This document shows, in pieces, positions 42,036 to 51,200 of a stretch of DNA of 64,000 nt (position 1 is its first letter; the number at the start of each line of letters is the position of its first letter). Source of the DNA: an uncultured Lentisphaerales bacterium (lineage in GTDB: Bacteria; Verrucomicrobiota; Lentisphaeria; JABSQK01; UBA12247); the NCBI GenBank assembly GCA_943788985.1, contig CALSSJ010000011.1, positions 96,001 to 160,000 on the forward strand, in the 5' to 3' direction. The position numbers were made by a program, and so were the translations under genes. The notes below the pieces were generated by a model. The model was not told the origin of the DNA and searched no databases. It saw only the letters and a program-made list of their open reading frames with translations.

Positions 42036-43292
42036 GTGACTGAACCTTGTCCAAAGTGTAACGCTCCTCTCACCATCGAGGCAGGCGCCTTGGAGCTGAC
42101 CTGCGAGGCATGTGGTACTGTGATTGAGCTCGACTTCGGAACAGGCGACGAAGAGTGCGAAGATGCGGAAACACAGGTGGATCACGAGCCAAACCCGAAG
42201 AATGACACCTCCTCGCGAGACTTGCACGCCTTTGCAGAAGCATCCGAGTTCGAATTCGAAGTAAACTCGTTTGCAGACCTTGTCCGCTCGAAAAAGGAAG
42301 GGCCAGCCGCAGACGTCAGCTTTCGCAGTATGACCGGTGGCCGTGTTGTGGCTGGTCAGCCCATTCGTGATATCAAAATTGCCAAACCCGTGAAAGCGGG
42401 AGTGATGGGCACGGGTTCTCACCGGGTGAACCGTGAGGACTTCCCGACTCAGGATTCGGTCACGACAGATATGCTCGATCGCTCACGGCTGGAAGCAGAC
42501 GAACTGGCCAAAGAACGTGCGGCGCTTGGGGCGGCGCGCGAGGAAGCAGGGAAATTGCGAGAGGCGATTGAAGCAGAGAAGGCTGACCTGGAGCGGCAGC
42601 GAGAAGAGCACAGTCTGCAGATCAAGCGCATCCAAAACGAGGCGCTTTCGGCGGTCGAGAAGGAAAGACATTTCGCCGAAGAATTTGAGCGTAAAGCCGA
42701 AGCTTTGGCAGAGAATGGAGACCAGAAGCTCAGGGCTGCGCAGGAGCGGGCAGAGCAATTGGCGAAGCGTGAGGCTGAGGAAAAAGCGCGGCATGATGCT
42801 CTGGTGAAAGAAAAGAGGCATGCGATTAAGGCCATCAAAAAGAAGATCATTGAGGTGGCCGAGCACGAAAAGAAGGTTGCTGACGAGGCGAGTCGCAAAG
42901 CTGCCGAAGAAGATCGCAAGCAAGGTGAATATGAGGCGATGCTGGAACGAGCCGCCGACAAGACTCGGGCTGAGGTGGACGCTGCGGCAGAGGAAAAGAA
43001 GAAAGCGTTGAAGGCGGCGAAGATTGACGCCGCGAAGAAAGAGGCTCGCGCCAGGCTCTTGGAGAAGAAGAAAGACCAAGCGCGCAAGGTGATAGCGAAG
43101 CAGAAGGAAGAGGAAGTTAAACGGCGTGAAGACGCGATCACCAGGGCGAAAGGGGAAGCTTTGATTAGGCAGAAAGAAGAGGCAGAGAAGAAACGCAACA
43201 AGGCCATTTCCGTAGGCGTGAATCAGGATGTAGACGACGAAATCCGCCGCATGGAGCAAGAGGCAATGGATGAGATTGGTGGTGACCGGTGA
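42036..43292 (+). CDS. Zn-ribbon plus long coiled-coil protein
   Basis: CPKC...CEAC at N-terminus; E/K/A-rich heptad region. Confidence 0.75.
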   Translation: MTEPCPKCNAPLTIEAGALELTCEACGTVIELDFGTGDEECEDAETQVDHEPNPKNDTSSRDLHAFAEASEFEFEVNSFADLVRSKKEGPAADVSFRSMTGGRVVAGQPIRDIKIAKPVKAGVMGTGSHRVNREDFPTQDSVTTDMLDRSRLEADELAKERAALGAAREEAGKLREAIEAEKADLERQREEHSLQIKRIQNEALSAVEKERHFAEEFERKAEALAENGDQKLRAAQERAEQLAKREAEEKARHDALVKEKRHAIKAIKKKIIEVAEHEKKVADEASRKAAEEDRKQGEYEAMLERAADKTRAEVDAAAEEKKKALKAAKIDAAKKEARARLLEKKKDQARKVIAKQKEEEVKRREDAITRAKGEALIRQKEEAEKKRNKAISVGVNQDVDDEIRRMEQEAMDEIGGDR

Positions 43293-44797
43293 GTGGCGAA
43301 GCGAAGCCAGACAACGGTGAGGACAAGCCCACAAGCGGCGCTTCTTTACATCCTTCTGGTGGAGAAACTAAGGCCACTGAAGGCAAGCAGCCTGCTGACA
43401 CGTCTGCGAATCCCGCAGAGAAGGCAGCGGAAAATCCCGTAGCGGATAAGAAGGCCGCTGAGGACGAGAAGCCTGCTGACACGTCTGCGAATCCCGCGGA
43501 GAAGGCAGCGGAAAATCCCGTAGCGGATAAGAAGGCCGCTGAGGACGAGAAGCCTGCTGACACGTCTGCGAATCCCGCGGAGAAGGCAGCGGAAAATCCC
43601 GTAGCGGATGCCAAGGAAATCGCGGGCGAGAAGGCTGGCGAGAATGCCGAGATAAAGACAGCGGAGAAGTCGAAGCATCCCGAAAAACTGGATCCGCTGG
43701 CCGAAATTGAGCGGCAGGTAGAGGCAGAGCTGGCGGCGAAGAAAGCCAAGGATTCCGGTGTCGAGGTGCCACCCAGCGCAGAGGACGTACACAAGTCAAT
43801 TGAAGCAGAGCTAAACGCTGAGCTTGAGGCCGCGGCCGCCGCTCGGCGCACGCCCAAAGAGACTGAGAAGAAGACAGTCGAAGCTGGAACTGACTCGAAG
43901 GCCACCGCCAGCAAGGGGGCCGAGAAAGATGGCAAGCCGGCCGTTGGAAAGAACAAGCCAGCCGCTGGAAAAGGAAAGCCCGGTGCCGCTAAGAGCAAGC
44001 CAGGCACTGGAAAGGGCAAGCCAAAAGGTGCCAAGGACAAAGCCGAAGGCGGCAAGGCAGTGTCGCGCAAGAGCGGAGGTGCGCTAGCGAAGCGCAGGCC
44101 CGCGAGTGCTAAGACTCCTGAACAGGAAGCTGAGGAAGCTCGCAACAAGCAGATCGCCAGCAAGCAGGCCGAGATTACCCAGCAGATGAAGAGGAAGCAG
44201 CTAATCGTTTACGGTGTAATTACGCTGCTGACCGCTGTGATTGGCTACGTAATTCTGGGCGGGGACTCCAAGCCCGCCGCCGTCTCGTCACCGCCCCCGC
44301 AGCAGAGGCCTGCGGCGGCTCCGAAGGCCACGCAGAACGCGAGTAAAGATGCTCCCACACCGGCAGCCCAAGAGGCGGATTCGCTCCCTAAGCCAGCTGC
44401 TGCAACCAATTACAAGGTTAAACGCGTACTTCGAGCACTTGAAAAGAAGGCCGGGACGAAATTGCGATCGCAGGACTATATCGGGGCAATTAGCGTCTAT
44501 CGAGATGCCACGACCGCGACGCCAGAGTTGAAGGCGGACTGCGATAAAAGGATCGCCTTCATTGTCGAGAATAATCTTGAAGGCAGCGATCCGCTGCCAC
44601 TTATGGCAAAATGGGATGCCCTCAAGGACCAGGCCCGGGTGCATATCGCCTCAGAGAAGCCGGAGGATCTGCTCGTCGCAATCGGCTTGTTCAAAGCATT
44701 TGGCGAAGAGCATCCGTTGTTTGCCATGAAGGCGACAGAAAACGCGGGCAAGCTCGGGCAGCATTACTTCAAGGTCACCGGCGAGTTTCCGAAGTGA
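43289..44797 (+). CDS. Single-TM protein with disordered repeat-rich N-terminus
   Basis: GTGA overlap with upstream gene; TM LIVYGVITLLTAVIGYVIL; helical C-terminal domain. Confidence 0.75.
   Translation: MSGEAKPDNGEDKPTSGASLHPSGGETKATEGKQPADTSANPAEKAAENPVADKKAAEDEKPADTSANPAEKAAENPVADKKAAEDEKPADTSANPAEKAAENPVADAKEIAGEKAGENAEIKTAEKSKHPEKLDPLAEIERQVEAELAAKKAKDSGVEVPPSAEDVHKSIEAELNAELEAAAAARRTPKETEKKTVEAGTDSKATASKGAEKDGKPAVGKNKPAAGKGKPGAAKSKPGTGKGKPKGAKDKAEGGKAVSRKSGGALAKRRPASAKTPEQEAEEARNKQIASKQAEITQQMKRKQLIVYGVITLLTAVIGYVILGGDSKPAAVSSPPPQQRPAAAPKATQNASKDAPTPAAQEADSLPKPAAATNYKVKRVLRALEKKAGTKLRSQDYIGAISVYRDATTATPELKADCDKRIAFIVENNLEGSDPLPLMAKWDALKDQARVHIASEKPEDLLVAIGLFKAFGEEHPLFAMKATENAGKLGQHYFKVTGEFPK
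43389..43609. repeat. 81-bp tandem repeat (about 2.7 copies) encoding PADTSANPAEKAAENPVADKKAAEDEK
   Basis: Units start at 43389, 43470 and 43551. Confidence 0.95.
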
Positions 44798-44800
44798 CCC

Positions 44801-45220
44801 ATGTCTGAACCGTCTCCAAAGCGCCCACTGCTGCCATTAATCGTGGGCCTACTCATTGCGATGTTCGCACTTTTGATCTGGCAGGGCAACTACTGGTTGC
44901 AGGAAACTATCGATGTAGATCCGTCTGTAGGGCGCGATATGGACACGATCGACACGTCTTCCTACGAGGAAATGCGCGATAAAGCGAATGAAGATTTGGC
45001 TGCTATTCTGGATGGTTTGAAGGAACTGCTGCAGACTCAACTGGTCTCGGAGGCAGAGTTTGAGCAAGAGATTCTATGCTTCATGACTCGCGCTCAGGAG
45101 CTACCTGGGCCTTTTCGCGTGCAGGCGGAAGCCCTGATTATCAATACGTGGAATCTGAGCAGCTTGCAGTGGCTGATTCCTGAACTGCCGACTCTTCACG
45201 GAGTCCCAACAGGTGAGTGA
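44801..45220 (+). CDS. Hypothetical protein with N-terminal TM anchor
   Basis: LLPLIVGLLIAMFALLIW; tight spacing with both neighbours. Confidence 0.65.
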   Translation: MSEPSPKRPLLPLIVGLLIAMFALLIWQGNYWLQETIDVDPSVGRDMDTIDTSSYEEMRDKANEDLAAILDGLKELLQTQLVSEAEFEQEILCFMTRAQELPGPFRVQAEALIINTWNLSSLQWLIPELPTLHGVPTGE

Positions 45221-46001
45221 CGATCACAGCGACTGGGTTGTCGAGCTGTGCAAGGTTATGGCGCAGTTGCGGAATCCGCAGGGCGGCTGTCCGTGGGACT
45301 TGGAGCAGACGCATGAGACTCTGCTCGAATATCTGGTCGAGGAAACGCACGAGTTTATGGACGCCGTGCTTTCCGGAAATGATGCTGAGATGGCGGATGA
45401 ACTCGGCGATGTGCTGCTGCAGGTCGTGTTTCATTGCCAGCTGGCGCAGGAGACGGACCGCTTCGATTTGCAGCAAGTGGCACGGACGATCACGGAGAAG
45501 TTGATTCGCCGCCATCCGCATGTTTTTGGCGATGTCGATGCCAAGGATGCCGAGGTCGTGCTGGCGAATTGGGAGCAGATTAAGAATGAAGAACGGGGAT
45601 TTGTGCGGTCTTCATCACTGGATGGTGTCCCTGCCACTCTGCCTCCAATCCAGAGGGCGGTGAAACTGCAGAAGCGCGCGGCTAAAGTGGGTTTTGATTG
45701 GCCGGATTCTGCCGGCGTCTTCGCCAAGCTTCGCGAGGAGATTGCCGAGATTGAAGAGGCTGTAGCTGAGGATGATGCAGCGGGAGCGCGCGAAGAAGTA
45801 GGCGACCTCATGTTCACACTGATCAATCTCAGCCGCAAGCTGAAGGTGGACCCCACAGTCGCGCTGGCGGATGCGAATCGCAAGTTTGAGTCCCGGTTCC
45901 GCAGCATGGAAACCATGGCTGCGGAGCAGGAGACATCGCTGACAGAGATCACAGACGATGCGCGCGAGACACTCTGGGGCCGGGCGAAGTCTGCAGAATA
46001 G
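45213..46001 (+). CDS. mazG: Nucleoside triphosphate pyrophosphohydrolase
   Basis: GCPWD.EQT, EE..E, DELGD.LLQ, RRHPHVF, KVGFDW. Confidence 0.95.
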   Translation: MSDDHSDWVVELCKVMAQLRNPQGGCPWDLEQTHETLLEYLVEETHEFMDAVLSGNDAEMADELGDVLLQVVFHCQLAQETDRFDLQQVARTITEKLIRRHPHVFGDVDAKDAEVVLANWEQIKNEERGFVRSSSLDGVPATLPPIQRAVKLQKRAAKVGFDWPDSAGVFAKLREEIAEIEEAVAEDDAAGAREEVGDLMFTLINLSRKLKVDPTVALADANRKFESRFRSMETMAAEQETSLTEITDDARETLWGRAKSAE

Positions 46002-46266
46002 GCCCCCGCTTTTGCGAACAAGTGGCACCCCTCTTCCTGCCGAGCTTTGCTCGGTTCGCCGTTAATCCATCAATTGTCCCAAAAGGATTAACCTAAGCCA
46101 GTCCATTCAGGGTGGTTCCAGCTCTCCTGCTGTGGCACTTTCTAATCGTCGCTGGACACATATACGGCCAGATGTGAGTTTTTTGTGGGTCACTCATGTT
46201 GCGCGCTTTGCCTCAGACACTACCGTGTATCCTCCATTTTTCTATACGAGCTTGCCAGAGGTTCTT

Positions 46267-47886
46267 ATGTATCGTTCAGCCGTACTGGTAGCGCTTGCTC
46301 TATGCTTGCCGCTGCCATCACTCTTCGCCAAGTCCGTGGCCGCATTCAAACGTCAGGGGCGGGGAATTCATGAAATCGTAGCGCTTGTCATCATTGGCGA
46401 TCGCTCCGTCGTCCAGGATCTGATGATCTGGGAAGACCTGCAAGCTGACGTGCTCAGCGCTCCGGTCTCAAAGCCAGACATTGAGACGATCGGCAAGACG
46501 ATCCATGGCTGGGTGACCGCACAAGGTTATATCTTCGCGACGGTACAGCATCGGGAAAAAGGGCTGGAGGATGGCTATCTCGCCTATACCGTCAGAGTTG
46601 GCAACCCCGGTGAGATCAGTGTGGTGGGGAACAAGTACTACTCTGCCGACCAGGTCATCAAGAATGTGGGCTTGACGTCCAACAGCAAGTTCGACTTCCG
46701 GTCGTTGCATGAAGATCTGTTTGCGCTGAATACCGAGCCATCTGCCACGGTCGATACCTCGATCGCGCCCAAAGACGAGGTGAAGCTAGCGGTCACAGAC
46801 GAGCTGCTGGTTCATGGCTCGCTGACGCTCAGCAATACGGGCTCACCTTTCGTCGGGGACTGGCGCCTCTGCAGTACGCTGGAACACCTTAATCTTACAA
46901 AACACGATGACATCCTCACTGCGGAGTGGCTCACCAATCCCGAGAACCTGGACGAAGTAAACGCTTTCACCGGCAGATACTATCGGCCTCTCGGCCCGAA
47001 GAACAACGTCACGTTCCACGCTGGCTGGAGCGAAACCGGGTTTAATGTGCTCGAGTTTGATATCCGCGGTCACGGGCGCTTCCTTGGGGCGCACTTCAAC
47101 CGCGTGGTTTACAGTAGCCCAAGGCACACGCTCGACGTGTCCGCAGGCTGGACCTACAAGCAGAGCGAGACGCAGATCGGCTTTGCCAACTCTAACCTCT
47201 ACGCGTCCGTGCTGCGTTTGAGCATGCCCAACGTGACGATTGGTTTCTCAGACAAGGTCTTTGATAGCCTAGGCGGCCGCACTTTCGCCTCCCTTGGTAT
47301 GCTCCGGAACTTCGCCGGCCACTTCGGTGCCTCAGGCATGGATGCTATCCGTCGGAGGTCCGCCAACGCAGACGGTAATCTGACCATCACTAAGTTTCGC
47401 CTGGCACGCTTTCAACGACTCTGCAAGGGGGTGACCTTGGTCGGGAAGATTGACTCTCAGTACACCAATGACTCGCTGGATCCTGTTTTGCAGAAACGCC
47501 TTGGCGGTGCGGACAGCGTGCGTGGATATAGCGAAAGTGAATTCAGCGGCGATAGTGGTTTCAACGGTACCTTGGAGTTGCGCAGCCCGTTGTTCAGCAA
47601 CTTCATCCCGCAACTTTCGCGCACTGAAGAGAAAATCGGAAGTGACCCGGATCATTGGAGCGTGCACCGCCTGCAAGCGATTGGCTTCTATGACTTCGGG
47701 CATATCCACCGGAATTATCGCTTTGCGGGATTAGGCGAGGACGACTCAGCATCTAGTCTGGGGCTGGGGGTTCGCTTCAGGATCTCTCCATACTCACAGC
47801 TGAAGTGCGACTACGGAGTGCCGCTGATTTCCACCGAGAGCAGCCGCGATGGTCGCGGTCATTTGTCCCTCAGTCTGCAGTTCTAA
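46267..47886 (+). CDS. ShlB/FhaC/HecB (TpsB) outer-membrane transporter
   Basis: Signal peptide from ATG 46267, POTRA-like region, GGADSVRGY motif, C-terminal Phe. Confidence 0.85.
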   Translation: MYRSAVLVALALCLPLPSLFAKSVAAFKRQGRGIHEIVALVIIGDRSVVQDLMIWEDLQADVLSAPVSKPDIETIGKTIHGWVTAQGYIFATVQHREKGLEDGYLAYTVRVGNPGEISVVGNKYYSADQVIKNVGLTSNSKFDFRSLHEDLFALNTEPSATVDTSIAPKDEVKLAVTDELLVHGSLTLSNTGSPFVGDWRLCSTLEHLNLTKHDDILTAEWLTNPENLDEVNAFTGRYYRPLGPKNNVTFHAGWSETGFNVLEFDIRGHGRFLGAHFNRVVYSSPRHTLDVSAGWTYKQSETQIGFANSNLYASVLRLSMPNVTIGFSDKVFDSLGGRTFASLGMLRNFAGHFGASGMDAIRRRSANADGNLTITKFRLARFQRLCKGVTLVGKIDSQYTNDSLDPVLQKRLGGADSVRGYSESEFSGDSGFNGTLELRSPLFSNFIPQLSRTEEKIGSDPDHWSVHRLQAIGFYDFGHIHRNYRFAGLGEDDSASSLGLGVRFRISPYSQLKCDYGVPLISTESSRDGRGHLSLSLQF

Positions 47887-48236
47887 AGAGAGAGCGCCGC
47901 TGCGCTCGCTTTAGGGAAAGTGCAAAGCTATGTCACTGCCATCCCATCGGCTACTTAGATCGTGACTTTACGGTGGTGATTTGATGAGTACTGTCGCCTG
48001 CAGCCTCGACGCTGGCGAAAATAGCCATTGGGGATTCTTTGTGCACTGTACCCCGGGCTAAAGCCCGTCAGTCACTTCCGGCTCAGCCGAGCTTGCGAGA
48101 TAGCCGAGGCAACCCCGCCGGCAACTGCCGCCTTAAGGCGGGACTCCGACAAGCGCCTCGAGGAGGCAGTAGTTTGGGCGCTTGTTTCAGGGGAGAAATG
48201 GCCGAATAACCAATAACCAATAGCTGTAGACCAGCG

Positions 48237-48271
48237 AGAAGCCAACGAACATTAGAAGCTCGTTGGCTCTC
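48237..48271. terminator. Hairpin just downstream of the carboxylase gene
   Basis: agccaacga...tcgttggct. Confidence 0.45.
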
Positions 48272-48277
48272 ACACCG

Positions 48278-51200
48278 CTAGACGGGACGCACGACGAAGA
48301 GCAGGTCTCCTGAGCTCACGGCCTGACCCGAAGGAGCAGCAATGCGGACTACCTGGAATTTTTTATCCGGATCATAGATCACTTCATCGGAGCGATTATA
48401 GTCGTTGAGCGTGATGGGACGAAAGACCTTCATGGCTTCGAGCAGGCACACGGTCTGGTCCGTCGTGACGACGTCTCCCGGTTCTACAAACTGAGGATCG
48501 CTGGGAGAAGCTTGGGTGTAGAATATGCCGGTACCAGAGGCCACGACTTTCAATTCATCCGTACCATCGATGCGCAGGGATTCGGCATCAAAGCCACCCT
48601 TGATGTCGCCGGCTGCTGCTTCGATCTCCGCACAGAGTTCGTTGCAGTCAATGCGCTTGAAGAATGCCGGCAGATAGCGCGTGTCGTAATCGCCAGCTAG
48701 GAAGACCTCGTCCTGAAGGACCCGGCAGACCAGTGGGATGTTGGTGCAGATCCCGCAGATTTTTACGGATTGGAGATAGCTGAGCAGTTTTGCGACGGCA
48801 TCGTCGCGGTCTTTTCCTTTGGCGATGATCTGGGCGATCATGCTGTCGTAATATGGCGGAATCTGCTTTCCCGTGGCGGCCATGGTAATGATGTCGACGC
48901 GGTCGTCTTCGGGAAACACGCACTCGGTGATTTCACCGGGGTGTGGTTCGAAGCTGACGTCACCATTGGCATCTACGACAGCTTTTTCGGCATTGACGCG
49001 AGCTTCGATCGCATAGCCAATTTCCTTGGGCTCAATCGCAGAGATCGAACGTCTTGCGGCGATATCAAATTGGCTGGTGACAATGTCCACATCGGAGACA
49101 ATTTCAGTCACGGGATGTTCGACCTGCAGGCGGGTATTCATCTCCATGAAGTAGGCTTCGCCAGACTCCAGGTCGAAGATGTACTCGACAGTGCCGGCAC
49201 CGATATAGTCGATGTCGTCTGCGATCGCGGCAGCGTTCTTGAACATCTGCTGCTTGAGTTTCTCGGGCAGCATCGTGGAGCTAGACTCTTCAAGAATTTT
49301 CTGGTTATTGCGCTGTACGGAGCAATCACGCAGCCCCAATACCTTGGTGGTGCCGTGGCCGTCACGCAGGATTTGGATCTCTACATGACGCAGGGAGACG
49401 ATGCATTTCTCGATATAGACATCGCTGTTGCCGAAGGCGCTTCGGGCTTCGGCTGAGATCTTGAGAAAAGACTCTTCAAGGAGGGCAGGGTCCTCGACGA
49501 TCTGAATCCCCTTTCCGCCACCGCCGTGGACGGCTTTCAGGATGATGGGGTAGTCAATGTTGTCGCAGATGTCTTTGGCCGCGGTCGCCTTGGTCACGAT
49601 ACCGTGGCTCCCGGGGACCACAGGAATTTTGAGCCGCAGGGCAGTGTTGATGGCGTTGGACTTGTTGCCCATCAACTGCATGCTGCGAGCGCTTGGCCCG
49701 AGGAAGTTGATGCCGTGGGCATGGCACATGGCGGAGAAATGCGGGTTCTCAGAGAGAAAGCCAATGCCGGGGTGAAGCGAATCGCACTGCTCGCGCTCGG
49801 CAATACGGACAACGCTGCCGGCGTTGAGATAGCTCTCATCCGAGGTGTTGCCACCGAGGCAGACTAGGGTGTCGTTGTCGCCGAGCATTTCTGCGGGCAC
49901 GGAATCCATATCCGCATCTGATTGGACGAGGACCACCTGAATGTCATTCTTCTGTGCGACGCGCACAAGCTTGACTGCGGTACACCCTCGGGCGTGTATC
50001 AAGACGCGCTTGACCGGCCGGAGCAGGTCCATCGAGTGGGTCATGGTGGCCATTTCCTGCTCTTCGGGCTCACTGCCGATATCGTCAAGGACTCCTTCCT
50101 TCAGGATGCGCATCAGGACGTTGGTCACAGACTCTTCGGCAATCGGGATCGCGCGATCGATTTCGCGGAGCTTGTCGTCCAAGTCGTCGACGAAGGGATG
50201 CCGGACGAGGCCTTGCATAGCACCCGGTGTCTCGGACAGATAGTTCGAGAGCGTAGAGGTGCTGGGCAGGTAGGCCGGAACCACGATTTGGCCGGCAAAT
50301 GGCATATTTGTGCCGGAAAAATAGTAGGTCTGTGCCAGTGGGTGGGTGACAAAGCTCGCCTGCGCGCCACCGGTACAGTCGCCAAACCCGAAGATGATGA
50401 TCGGCAGGTTATTATCCCGCACGAACCGCGTGATTCGGTCGTTTAGGATGGCCATCGAAAAGAGTGACCCTGCTCCTTCCTTGGTCTGCATACCACCGGA
50501 TGAGACGAAAGCGACCACGGCGTGTCGTTTGCGTGCGCAGGTGACGAGCAAGCGACAAAATTTCTCGCAGCTGGCCATATCGAAGGCACCAGCTTGAAAG
50601 TCGAGATTGGAAATGGCGACGCCAACTTTGCGCCGGAGTGGGCCCTTTAGCTGGGCGATTCCAGTGACTAGACCGCATGGCTTGATGTCACGGGACAGCG
50701 CTTGCTCGATAGACAGGCGAAAACCGGGGAACTTAACCGGATCGGCGGTCATTAGGCTGGCGTCGGTTTCTGCGAATGTGGAGAAGAAGGTTTCCTGGAT
50801 GGAGCTGACATTGCTGACGCGCTTCTTTTTGACCCGCTGCAGAAGATCATGAATGAGGATATCTTGGTAGGCTATGGCCAAGCGATTCCAAAAATCCTTC
50901 ATACCCAGATCACGAGGGGTGATGCGCCCCAAATATTCGCGACCGGCAATTTCGCATTCGTAGTACTCAGGCAGCAGGTGCTCGAAGGTAAAGGTGATGA
51001 TCGCAAACAGTGGTTCGGGTATGCGCGGGAATACGACTTTCTTCCAATCTTCTACGGACTTCAAGATACGCCCGCGCTGAGAATGGTGGATGAAATGATT
51101 CAGCCACAGATAGAATTGGTCTTTGAGCTGGTTCTCAATGCGCCGGCTGCCCTCGGTCGCAGGTTGCTTGGCAGCGAGTTCCTTGGCTGCTTTCTCGAGC

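Noticed and set aside
43389..43609. 81-bp repeats as a CRISPR array or mobile element
   Set aside because: In-frame coding tandem repeat without unique spacers
47890..48230. Intergenic region as an ncRNA or riboswitch
   Set aside because: Lies between convergent genes; only degenerate REP-like palindromes and no recognisable RNA motif
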